The translations under genes and the position numbers were made by a program. Under the pieces are notes generated by a model that ran no database searches, was not told the DNA's origin, and saw only the letters and a list, made by a program, of their open reading frames with translations. 64,000 bases of DNA from Dehalococcoidia bacterium (lineage in GTDB: Bacteria > Chloroflexota > Dehalococcoidia > Lucifugimonadales > UBA2985), in assembly GCA_965218945.1 (NCBI GenBank), contig OZ244718.1, positions 3,005,700 to 3,069,699 on the forward strand, given 5' to 3'. This document shows, in pieces, positions 8,747-17,216 of this stretch (positions are counted from its first letter, which is position 1; every line of letters begins with the position of its first letter).

Positions 8747-9565
8747 GGATTCTGTTGCATTTCGCGGGGTATGCTACTCATGAGTCCGCTACTCCCCCTC
8801 GTCTACTCGTGCATCGCCAGGGTAGACTACCGACCTTTTAGGGTTATCTGGCCGTAACGTCAACAGAGCCTCTGTGGAGTTCATGGCCTTCAAGACAGCT
8901 AACAGTTTTCGTCGTTGAGCTGGCGTACACAATACGAGGTTCTTTATGAGCTCGTCTATTGCTTCATCAGCTTGGCTTTGAGGTTTACTCAATGACTGGA
9001 AATTGACCCCTGCGCCCGGTCCATCTGTTCGCATGTAAAATGGTCTCCACTGTATCTCTTCCGACCTGTAAGAGTGAGATGGGCGCAAGTCGTATATATC
9101 CTGTTCGCTACGAATAGGCACCTGTATGACTTCAATTCCGCCTTCCGTCAAGTGACGGAGCTTGGGTGCTGGCGTAGGATGTGTCACTACAACCTCAATC
9201 ACCCGAATGACCTTCAAGTCCGCGTCCCTCAACGCCAGATCAGGAACGTAGCCCCTAACGGCGTCAAGTCCATCAGGTACCGTAATGTGTTCCACGCCAT
9301 CCAGAACATCGCCCGACAGCGACCCGTCCAGCTGGGGTAGCTGCACTTTCTCATCTTTCTTGCGACGCCCACCCTTAGTCCGATCACCCCTCTCTTCGCG
9401 CCCATCGTTTCGCGTCTTCAACATATCCCATATCACGCCCACGGCGTACTCGTGGAGTAAACTTACTCGATGCTCTTCGGTGCCGACATTTTTGTTCCAG
9501 TCCATATCGCTACCACCTTTCTTTTGATACGTTTCCCCTAACTACCCCGCGAATGCAACAGAACC
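8747..9565. mobile_element. 819-bp IS-like element: 23-25 nt terminal inverted repeats, 7-bp flanking direct repeat, one ORF
   Basis: Left end GGATTCTGTTGCATTTCGCGGGGTA (8747-8771). Right end TACCCCGCGAATGCAACAGAACC (9543-9565), its reverse complement apart from two 1-nt indels. GGGGTGA lies immediately outside both ends (8740-8746 and 9566-9572). Confidence 0.55.
8789..9505 (-). CDS. hypothetical protein carried by the TIR-bounded element (possible PD-(D/E)xK-like nuclease)
   Basis: 238-aa ORF that fills the element. YVPDLAL ... VIEVVVTH resembles nuclease-fold motifs, but the family is not recognised. Contains a Lys/Arg-rich insert. Confidence 0.45.
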   Translation of the reverse strand: MDWNKNVGTEEHRVSLLHEYAVGVIWDMLKTRNDGREERGDRTKGGRRKKDEKVQLPQLDGSLSGDVLDGVEHITVPDGLDAVRGYVPDLALRDADLKVIRVIEVVVTHPTPAPKLRHLTEGGIEVIQVPIRSEQDIYDLRPSHSYRSEEIQWRPFYMRTDGPGAGVNFQSLSKPQSQADEAIDELIKNLVLCTPAQRRKLLAVLKAMNSTEALLTLRPDNPKRSVVYPGDARVDEGE

Positions 9566-9621
9566 GGGGTGAGCGGAATCTCGAAGGCTCCCATTTAAGG
9601 CGACGCGTAAACCCCGGCAGC

Positions 9622-10563
9622 CTATGAGGGCAGCGTAGACCCCAGGAAGCCCTCGTGGCCCTTCAGGAAGTCGGCAGCGTCAACCGCTCGACGCCCCTCC
9701 AACTGGACGCGCTTGAGGCCCAGGACGCCTTCCCCCGCAGCCACTCCCACCGGCGCCAGGCCGTCTTTCTCCAGTAGCAGCGCCTTCCCCGGGGCGCCAA
9801 CGCCGGTACCGGGCAGCGGCACAGCCTCCAGCACCTTCAGCAGCCTGCCCTCCCAGCGTGTGTATGAGCCGGGCCAGGGGTGGTAAGCCCGCACCTGCCG
9901 CCATATGCTCTCCGCCGGCAGCGCCCATCGGATTTCGCCGTCCTCCTTGGTCAGCCTGGGGGCGTATGTGGCCCGGGCTTCCTCCTGGGGCTGGGAGACC
10001 ATATCGCCCTGCAGGAAGCGGGGTAGACTGTCGACCAGCAGCTTCGCTCCCCTGCGAAAGAGCCTGTCCGTGAGAGTCTCCGTTGTGTCCTCCGGGAGGA
10101 TTGGCTCCTCTTCCTGAGCGATTACCGGCCCGGAGTCCATCCCCTCGTCCAGCAGCATGATGCTCACCCCGGCCGTCTCGTCTCCCTCCAGGATGGTGAA
10201 CGCCACCGGCGACGGCCCGCGATGTCTCGGAAGAAGCGACGGGTGGACGTTCACGCATCCTCCCGGAGACATCCCGATCACCTCCGGCGGAAGGATCCTG
10301 CCGTAGGCGGCTATGGCTATCAGGTCCGGGGCCAGAGCGGCCAGTTGGCTGTGGGCGTCAGGGTTTCTCAGAGAGGTGGGCTGGAGCACATTCAGGCCGC
10401 GCTCAATGGCAAAGGTCTTCACCGGCGAGGCCTCCATGCTCCTGCCTCTCCCTGCGGGTCTGTCGGGCTGTGTGTAGACGCCGACCAGGTCATATCCGCT
10501 CGCAAGAAGCTCCTCCAGCGGAGGGATTGCAAAGGCAGGAGTTCCCATATAAACCACTCTCAT
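9622..10563 (-). CDS. fmt: methionyl-tRNA formyltransferase
   Basis: MRVVYMGTPAFAIPPLEEL ... VYTQPDRPAGRG ... NVHPSLLPRHRG. Track ORF (410 aa) trimmed to the conserved start at 10563. Confidence 0.9.
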   Translation of the reverse strand: MRVVYMGTPAFAIPPLEELLASGYDLVGVYTQPDRPAGRGRSMEASPVKTFAIERGLNVLQPTSLRNPDAHSQLAALAPDLIAIAAYGRILPPEVIGMSPGGCVNVHPSLLPRHRGPSPVAFTILEGDETAGVSIMLLDEGMDSGPVIAQEEEPILPEDTTETLTDRLFRRGAKLLVDSLPRFLQGDMVSQPQEEARATYAPRLTKEDGEIRWALPAESIWRQVRAYHPWPGSYTRWEGRLLKVLEAVPLPGTGVGAPGKALLLEKDGLAPVGVAAGEGVLGLKRVQLEGRRAVDAADFLKGHEGFLGSTLPS

Positions 10564-10872
10564 AGACGCCCCCTGCCTGGGATTATAGAGTGGTGGAGAA
10601 GTCAAAACAACAGCCCGAAAAACTGCTCGAAAATTGGAGAAAAATTCCCGCCAAATTCCTCGCTCAACCCCTTGCAGGCCGTAGTCGAAAGGCCTGATAT
10701 AGTTGTCTTCAGCCAATTTCCGTCCGTCCGAACCAGCTCGGAGTTGGTCTTCACCTAGCCTGAACGCCAGGCTCTTTATTAGCGCCATCGGCGCTATGTA
10801 TCCGCCGACGGGTTTGCCCACGCGAGCCCGCCGGCCACTAACCCGATACACCAAGGGAGCGGCGCGTTCAGT

Positions 10873-12249
10873 ATGAAATTTCAGACCTCTGCGCAGGCAT
10901 GGGAAGCGGTGCTATCCAGCCTGGAACTACAGGTTAGCCGGCCCATCTTCAGGACGTGGTTGAAGGACACAGTCGGTTTGTCTCTGGAGGACAACCGGAT
11001 AGTCGTCGGGACGCCGTCCGCGTTTGTGGCGGAATGGCTTGAGAAACGTATGTCTTCCCTCATTGAGAGCGCGTTGTCCCAGGTCATGGGCCAGCGGACG
11101 GAGGCGCGCTTTCAGATTCTGACCGAGCAGCCACCGCCGGCACACGCCAGGCCGGTCTCCGCGCACAGCCCGGCGCCCAGCGCGCCGCCTGCTAACGACC
11201 GGCCTCTAGGCAGCGCCAACGGACGACCCAGGCTCAACCAGAAGTACACCCTCAGCTCCTTTGTGGTGGGGGCCTCCAACCAGTTGGCCTACGCCGCTGC
11301 GCTGGCCGTCTCCTCTCGACCGGGGGAAGCGTATAACCCACTCTTCCTCTATGCCGGAGTCGGCCTTGGCAAGACGCACCTTCTCCAGGCGATCGGCCAT
11401 GCCTATGCCACCAAGGGCATGAGCTACCTGTACGTCAGCTCCGAACAGTTCACCAATGACTTCGTCACTTCGATTCAAGCCAAACGTACACGGGAGTTTC
11501 GCGAGAAGTACCACAGCGCCGATGTACTCCTGGTGGATGACATCCAGTTCCTGCGCGGCAGGGAGGCCACCCAGGAGGGGTTTTTCCACACTTTCAACGA
11601 TCTCCACAACACAAACCGCCAGATTGTCATCGCCAGCGACAGACCGTCGTCGGCGCTCCTGCCCCTGGAGGACCGCCTCAGGTCCAGGTTCGAGTGGGGT
11701 CTCAGCGCAGACATCCAGACCCCTGACCAGGAGACGCGCATCGCCATTCTGCAGGCCAAAGCGGGAAGCCAAGGCGCAAATATCCCCCAAGAGGTACATG
11801 AGCTAATCGCTGAGAGCTTCCCCGCCAACATCAGGGAGCTGGAGGGCGCTCTCAACAGGGTCTGTGCCTACGCCGACTTCACAGGAAGAGCGCCCGATCT
11901 CGACCTAGCATATGAGGCTCTAGAGAGTCTCCTACCGCAAAGCACTTCCTCCATCCCCACGCCGGATATGGTTCTGGCAAGCGTCTGCGCCTTCTACAGC
12001 GTCACTAACGACGCTCTGTGCAGCAGACGCCGCGACAAAGCCGTCAGCCAGGCCAGACAGGTAGCAGTCTACCTCCTCAGAGAAGTCGCCTTGAAGAACC
12101 TCCGCGAGATAGGAAGCCTTCTGGGTCACCGGGATCACGCTACCATCCGGTACGCATGGATGAGGATATGCGAGGCTAGAGAGACGGATGCGGTCTTGAA
12201 AGCAGACATATCAGCCATCCTGGACAGTATCACCGCTTCAAGCAGCTAA
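10873..12249 (+). CDS. dnaA: chromosomal replication initiator protein DnaA
   Basis: Domain I (W..vl..l), AAA+ Walker A GVGLGKTHLLQAIG, Walker B LLVDDIQFL and a domain IV DNA-binding C-terminus. Confidence 0.95.
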   Translation: MKFQTSAQAWEAVLSSLELQVSRPIFRTWLKDTVGLSLEDNRIVVGTPSAFVAEWLEKRMSSLIESALSQVMGQRTEARFQILTEQPPPAHARPVSAHSPAPSAPPANDRPLGSANGRPRLNQKYTLSSFVVGASNQLAYAAALAVSSRPGEAYNPLFLYAGVGLGKTHLLQAIGHAYATKGMSYLYVSSEQFTNDFVTSIQAKRTREFREKYHSADVLLVDDIQFLRGREATQEGFFHTFNDLHNTNRQIVIASDRPSSALLPLEDRLRSRFEWGLSADIQTPDQETRIAILQAKAGSQGANIPQEVHELIAESFPANIRELEGALNRVCAYADFTGRAPDLDLAYEALESLLPQSTSSIPTPDMVLASVCAFYSVTNDALCSRRRDKAVSQARQVAVYLLREVALKNLREIGSLLGHRDHATIRYAWMRICEARETDAVLKADISAILDSITASSS

Positions 12250-12340
12250 CAGCTGGACCGTATAGCGAATACCCTGTCTTTCCACACAGTTTTCCAAATC
12301 GGCTACTATCATTACCATTATCCCTTATAATCTAACTAGT

Positions 12341-13606
12341 ATGTTTGATAGAGCAAGTATAGTAGTTAAAGCAGGAAATGGAGGCCCGGGAGCAATAAGC
12401 CTCCGAAGGGAGAAGTTTGTTCCCAAAGGAGGTCCCGATGGTGGCGACGGTGGAAGAGGCGGCGCTGTTGTCCTGAGGGTTCATGAAGGGGAGCATATGC
12501 TGCGGGCCTTCCGGTACAAGAGGCGATTTGTAGCCGACGATGGTGGGTCTGGGGGACCTAACGATCGGAGTGGGCGGAATGGAGAAGATTACGTGGTAGA
12601 CGTCCCTCAGGGAACGCGGGTCTATGCTGTTGGAGAGGGGGGAGATAAGCAGGTACTAGCTGACTTGGTGGATATGAATGCTGTCTGGATAGCTACGCAA
12701 GGTGGACAGGGTGGTAGGGGTAACGCCAAGTTTGCGTACTCCCAGAATAGGGTTCCGATCTTGGCCGAAGCCGGGGAGGTCACGGAGGAAGTGGAGTTGG
12801 AGCTAGAGTTGCAGCTCCTTGCTGATGTGGCTGTGATTGGAGTCCCAAATGCGGGGAAGTCCTCCTTTCTCCAGGCCTGCTCTCGAGCGCGGCCTGACAT
12901 CGCTGGATACCCCTTCACCACACTGGAGCCGGTGCTGGGGTTTGTGGTGAGACGAGGACAGGAGTTTGTGGTTGTAGAGATACCCGGACTTCTTGAAGGC
13001 GCTCACGCCGGAGTCGGTCTGGGGGACGATTTCCTCCGGCATATGGGAAGAACCAGAGCGGTCATACACCTCCTGGACGGGGCCTCTGAGAATCCACTAA
13101 CAGACTACCGCAACGTTCGAGAGGAGATGGCGCTTTACGACGCTGCTCTTGCGCAGAAACCGGAGGTGGTCGCTCTGAACAAGCTGGACCTGCCTGAGAT
13201 GCAGGAGCGCAAAGCACAGGTGCTCGTAGACCTCCGTGGTATTGGCGTCGATGCCTACTGCATCTCGGCGGCTACACATGAGGGAGTCGACGCGGTGCTG
13301 GATGGCGCGCTGAAGATGCTCTCGGAACAGCCCGTGGCGTCCCAGCCAGTGGAGCAGCCAGTCCCTGTCCTCACTCCCAAGCCGCGGCGTAACAGGCCCT
13401 TTGTGGAGAGGGACGGGGAGGTATTCGTGCTCCGCTCGCCGCTTGCCGAACGTCTGGTGAGGCGCGTCGATCTGGGTGACTGGCAGGTGCAGATCCAGCT
13501 GTGGCAGGAGTTCCGTCGCAAGGGAATCGTCCGGGCGATGGAGAAGGCTGGCGCAAGGTCCGGATCGGTGGTCAGGATAGGCCAACACGAGCTGGAGTGG
13601 AAGTAG
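12341..13606 (+). CDS. obg: GTPase Obg/CgtA
   Basis: Gly-rich Obg fold (GGPDGGDGGRGG), G1 GVPNAGKSS, and a C-terminal OCT-like domain. Confidence 0.95.
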   Translation: MFDRASIVVKAGNGGPGAISLRREKFVPKGGPDGGDGGRGGAVVLRVHEGEHMLRAFRYKRRFVADDGGSGGPNDRSGRNGEDYVVDVPQGTRVYAVGEGGDKQVLADLVDMNAVWIATQGGQGGRGNAKFAYSQNRVPILAEAGEVTEEVELELELQLLADVAVIGVPNAGKSSFLQACSRARPDIAGYPFTTLEPVLGFVVRRGQEFVVVEIPGLLEGAHAGVGLGDDFLRHMGRTRAVIHLLDGASENPLTDYRNVREEMALYDAALAQKPEVVALNKLDLPEMQERKAQVLVDLRGIGVDAYCISAATHEGVDAVLDGALKMLSEQPVASQPVEQPVPVLTPKPRRNRPFVERDGEVFVLRSPLAERLVRRVDLGDWQVQIQLWQEFRRKGIVRAMEKAGARSGSVVRIGQHELEWK

Positions 13607-13607
13607 T

Positions 13608-14225
13608 ATGCGGCTCGGCATCCTGGGCGGGACCTTCGACCCTGTGCACATAGGGCACCTCATAATTGCTCAGGAGGCCGCCGCTGTGCTTGGTTTGGAC
13701 GAGGTGTGGTTCCTTCCCACGGGTCGGCCCTGGATGAAGGAGGGGAGCGCGGTCACGGATTCCGGCCACCGCGGGGCTATGCTGAGGCTGGCTCTGGAGT
13801 GCAGCGCCGGCTTCAAGGTGTCAACGGCGGAGGTGGACCGGCCGGGGCTTTCCTACACCGTCGATACCCTGACAGCCCTGCTGGAAGGCGAGGCTATGGG
13901 CGCATCGCTGTTCTTCATCCTGGGCATGGACTCCCTAGAGACGCTGCACCAGTGGAAAGAGCCTCACCGCCTTTTCGACATGTGTACCCTGGTGGCGGTG
14001 TCCAGGCCGGGCCACGTGGACTTTGACAGGGCATCCTTGGACGGCATACGCCCCAACGCCGCGGAGGAAGTGGTCTTCCTTGAGGGACCTGACATAGGTA
14101 TAAGCGGGGCAGAGATACGCCGGCGGGTGCAGCAGGGCCTGCCGATAACCTACTGGGCGCCCCCGGCAGTGGCCCAGTACATCCGCGAACACGGACTCTA
14201 TCAGGAGGCTGACATTGAGCAATGA
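13608..14225 (+). CDS. nadD: nicotinate-nucleotide adenylyltransferase
   Basis: GILGGTFDPVHIGHL (HxGH) motif. Typical NadD length. Confidence 0.9.
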   Translation: MRLGILGGTFDPVHIGHLIIAQEAAAVLGLDEVWFLPTGRPWMKEGSAVTDSGHRGAMLRLALECSAGFKVSTAEVDRPGLSYTVDTLTALLEGEAMGASLFFILGMDSLETLHQWKEPHRLFDMCTLVAVSRPGHVDFDRASLDGIRPNAAEEVVFLEGPDIGISGAEIRRRVQQGLPITYWAPPAVAQYIREHGLYQEADIEQ

Positions 14226-14778
14226 GATTTCTCAGAGGGTTCTCGAGCTTTCCGAGCAGGTGGGGGCTCTGAAGTACGGCGACTTCACCCTGTCTTCCGG
14301 GGCGAAGAGCAGCTACTACTTCGACGGTCGGCTTATCAGTCTGCACCCGGAGGGCGCCTATCTGCTGGGTAAGGCGTTCCTGGAGAGTCTCCAAGGTTCC
14401 GGTGTAGCCGCGGTGGGAGGCCCGGCAATGGCGGCCATTCCTATAGTCACTGCCGTCGCTCTGGTGAGCCAGCTGGAGGGCAGTCCCCTGGAGGCTTTCT
14501 TCGTGCGGGGCGAGGCCAAGGACCACGGCACCGGCAAGCAGGTGGAGGGCAGGCTGCAGGACGGCAGCCGCGTGGCGATCCTGGACGACGTTTGCACGTC
14601 GGGGGGTTCGCTGTTCACCGCGATAGAGGCGGTGGAGGAAGCGGGCTGCAAGGTGGAGAGGGTGCTGGCGATACTGGACCGCCGCCAGGGTGGAGGTGAG
14701 GAATTGCGTAAGAGAGGCTACGATTTCCGTGTGCTGCTGGAGGCGGACGCGGAGGGCAGGGTCAGGGTGGTGTCGTAA
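14215..14778 (+). CDS. pyrE: orotate phosphoribosyltransferase
   Basis: GDFTLSSGAKSSYYFD and the PRPP-binding VAILDDVCTSGGS motif. TTG start. Confidence 0.85.
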   Translation: MSNEISQRVLELSEQVGALKYGDFTLSSGAKSSYYFDGRLISLHPEGAYLLGKAFLESLQGSGVAAVGGPAMAAIPIVTAVALVSQLEGSPLEAFFVRGEAKDHGTGKQVEGRLQDGSRVAILDDVCTSGGSLFTAIEAVEEAGCKVERVLAILDRRQGGGEELRKRGYDFRVLLEADAEGRVRVVS

Positions 14779-14797
14779 CGGGAAGCTCTTCGCAGGC

Positions 14798-14826
14798 TTG
14801 ACAATTTCAGAGTCGCGAAGTAGTTT
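14798..14826 (+). promoter_or_regulatory. possible sigma70-type promoter for the MaoC-like gene
   Basis: TTGACA, a 17-nt spacer, then TAGTTT, about 40 nt upstream of the GGAGGG RBS. Confidence 0.45.
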
Positions 14827-14867
14827 AAGGTCATCACCAGAGAGGGCAGAGTCCCCAGAATTGGAGG

Positions 14868-15965
14868 GTGGCTATGGCAACCGAGCACACTTGGGAAGAC
14901 CTGGAAAACGCGGTCGGTCAGGATTTCTCCGACGGAGAGATACGCTGGGCGCTTGAACCTGTTGAGTGGACGTCCATCCGTCGCTACTGCGAGGCGATAG
15001 AGTCGGACTTTCCGCTCTTCCATAACGCTGACGAGGCAAAGAATCACGGCTACGAGGGTATCATCTGTCCCGCCAGCCATATCCAGAACCACACCGGTCA
15101 GGGCCTGTGGCGGCCCGGCGACCCCACGCGCTGGCCCGTGTCCGAGCGCAACTTCGTCGCCGCCGGCGTGTCCCAGGGCGTGAACAGACCCCTGCCATCC
15201 CCCAAGACCACGGCGGGTTTTGCCACGGACCGGGAGGTGGAGTACATCAAGCCGGTCCACGTGGGCGACCACCTGGGGTCCCGCGGCAGGAAGCTCCTGT
15301 CAGTGGTCGTGCGAGAGACCAGCGTGGGGTACGGCGCATTTAACATCACCGAGAGCGAGTGGGTGAACCAGAGGGGTGAGGTTGTGGCCCTGTCCCGCAG
15401 CGGCGGCTACCAGTACAACCCCCATCCGGAGGGCTACGCCCCCAACCTGCCTGGCGGCGGCGGCACCGCTCGCCAGGTCGAGGAGAGGCCTCCTTTCGAG
15501 GCGCCGGAGGCAAGGGCGAGCTACGTGGACTGGGGCAAGCAGCGCCACTACGAGGACGTGAACGTCGGCGACCTCACTGAGCCTGTGACCTTCCACATGA
15601 CCGTGCAGCGCCTTGTATACGAGGCGGGCGGCAACCGCGACTTCGCCCCCATCCATCACAACGACGAGATCGCCCGGGCCGGCCGCGCGCCTGCCATGTA
15701 CGCCAACAACGGCTTCATCCAGGGCATGTGGGAACGGGCGTACCGGGAGTTCTTCGGCGTAGAGGGATGGATCCAGAAGGTGGGCCCATTCCGAATGCGC
15801 ATATTCAACGTCGTGGGCGAGCCGTCGGTGGTGCGGGCAAAGGTGGCCAAGAAGTGGCAGGAGGACGGCAAGAACTACGTTGAGCTGGAGATGTGGAGCG
15901 AGACCCCCAAGGGCACCAGCGTGGGCCCCGGGCCCGTGGTGGGCACCCTGCCGTCCAGAGGGTAG
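14868..15965 (+). CDS. MaoC-like (double hot-dog) acyl dehydratase
   Basis: An N-terminal MaoC_dehydrat_N-like segment (RRYCEAIESDFPLFHN) plus a C-terminal MaoC hot-dog (FAPIHHNDEIARAGRAPAMYANNGF). The start may instead be the ATG at 14874. Confidence 0.65.
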   Translation: MAMATEHTWEDLENAVGQDFSDGEIRWALEPVEWTSIRRYCEAIESDFPLFHNADEAKNHGYEGIICPASHIQNHTGQGLWRPGDPTRWPVSERNFVAAGVSQGVNRPLPSPKTTAGFATDREVEYIKPVHVGDHLGSRGRKLLSVVVRETSVGYGAFNITESEWVNQRGEVVALSRSGGYQYNPHPEGYAPNLPGGGGTARQVEERPPFEAPEARASYVDWGKQRHYEDVNVGDLTEPVTFHMTVQRLVYEAGGNRDFAPIHHNDEIARAGRAPAMYANNGFIQGMWERAYREFFGVEGWIQKVGPFRMRIFNVVGEPSVVRAKVAKKWQEDGKNYVELEMWSETPKGTSVGPGPVVGTLPSRG

Positions 15966-16144
15966 ACGGATAAACCCCTCTAGAGGGCTGGGAGGGCTGT
16001 ATAGCACAAGTAGGCGCCCCCAAAAAAGTCCTTGACAAACACCTTTTTGTCTTGCGACAATAAGATTGCGGATAGCTTACTCGTTAACTCGTGGGCTAGG
16101 CGGGTTTCCTGAAACATGGAGGCCCGGCCTGGCCCACAACATTT

Positions 16145-16831
16145 TCACCTGTTGACGTATTGGTTGGTGGTTAAATCTCGTGAGTTCACAAAGGAAAGCT
16201 CACGAGGCGGTGTAGAGCCGCCAACCACGCCCACAAAGGCGTTGGCTATGTGGTGCACGACCTGCAGGCCCTCTACGTAAATCGATGCGGCGTGGGTTAT
16301 GTGAATGGGCGTCGGTATATTCCTGTTACCGGCGATATACTGCCACAGGTTCTCGATTTGTTCCCTGGTTAGCTCTATACGATCGAGAACAAGGTCGTAT
16401 TGCCTGGACTGCAGCTTGTACTGCTGAAAGTGGTGCTCAAGCAACCGGCGGAGTATATAATTCCGGAATCTAACGGGATCCGGCGGTCTCTTTTCCCCTA
16501 GCTTCAGATAGCTCCCAGTGTAATTTAGTTTGTCTACGTAAACCATAGACGCCCATATATTCTTGCCTCCTTCGGACATGGCTCGAATCGGGTCAAGGAG
16601 CTTTGTGAATTCTTCCCTCTCGGCGGGGATTTTTAACTCCCTACTCAGTCCGGAGTAATACCTGAAAGCAGCCACGTGCTTGTTCAGGTCGCGAAACGAG
16701 TCGTCGCATAGATGTAACGCGGCGGCCACATAGAAGCTGGTACTTGTCAGCCGACCAGAGATTGGATCATGTGTGAATGCCGCGTCGCCAGATTCATCTA
16801 CGAATATGTAGTCATGACGCGGTATCAGAAT
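16145..16831 (-). CDS. DUF3800-like protein (start codon unresolved)
   Basis: The frame stays open upstream of the track start (GTG at 16729). It encodes ...ILIPRHDYIFVDESGD..., the hallmark DUF3800 N-terminal motif (YIFIDESG). No ATG/GTG/TTG lies upstream, only ATT/CTG, so this is either a non-canonical start or a decaying gene. Confidence 0.5.
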   Translation of the reverse strand: MLIPRHDYIFVDESGDAAFTHDPISGRLTSTSFYVAAALHLCDDSFRDLNKHVAAFRYYSGLSRELKIPAEREEFTKLLDPIRAMSEGGKNIWASMVYVDKLNYTGSYLKLGEKRPPDPVRFRNYILRRLLEHHFQQYKLQSRQYDLVLDRIELTREQIENLWQYIAGNRNIPTPIHITHAASIYVEGLQVVHHIANAFVGVVGGSTPPRELSFVNSRDLTTNQYVNR

Positions 16832-16884
16832 GCTTTCACGTAAAGAAGAGAACAGGAGCGCCTAGCAATTAGCTATCCTGGACC

Positions 16885-17196
16885 CTATCCCCACTGAATG
16901 CCGCCCAGGGGAAGGCGGGCCTGGAGTCGGTAGAGCATAGCGTTGGGGTTCTCGCTGTAGAGCCTGGCGAGGTGGTCCATGCGCCCCTGCAGCTTAGACT
17001 CGTCGCCCACCCACTGCTCGGACCACACAAGCTGCGGGTTACGGCCCGCGGTGGAAGGGAACTCCCCCTGGTAGTGCTCCCGGACCTGGCGTTCCAGGTT
17101 GTCCGTCAGCCCCAGGTAGAAGTCCCCTCCGTCCAGTGTCAGAAGGTACACGTACCGGCTCGCGGTCTGCGTCGTTCCGGCGTCGTGATCGCTCAC
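16885..17196 (-). CDS. GIY-YIG nuclease domain protein
   Basis: YVYLLTL....FYLGLTDNLERQVREH matches the GIY-YIG core. 103 aa. Confidence 0.7.
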   Translation of the reverse strand: MSDHDAGTTQTASRYVYLLTLDGGDFYLGLTDNLERQVREHYQGEFPSTAGRNPQLVWSEQWVGDESKLQGRMDHLARLYSENPNAMLYRLQARLPLGGIQWG

Positions 17197-17216
17197 TTCA
17201 ACCCCCTGTGAGAGGC

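Noticed and set aside
9622-10854. Long N-terminal extensions of track ORFs: fmt at 410 aa, cysteine synthase at 340 aa (4089..5111), E1-like at 441 aa (41513..42838), DUF6527 at 180 aa, HTH at 194 aa, AbiEi at 304 aa, and the restriction enzyme at 301 aa
   Set aside because: The extensions are low-complexity or overlap the upstream gene. The conserved family N-termini and RBS or overlap signals indicate internal starts, and the coordinates were trimmed accordingly.
12326-12343. TATAAT at 12326-12331, only 9 nt before the obg ATG with no RBS, considered as evidence of a leaderless obg transcript
   Set aside because: No acceptable -35 element is present, and obg may simply be co-transcribed with dnaA. 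The evidence is insufficient without transcription-start data.
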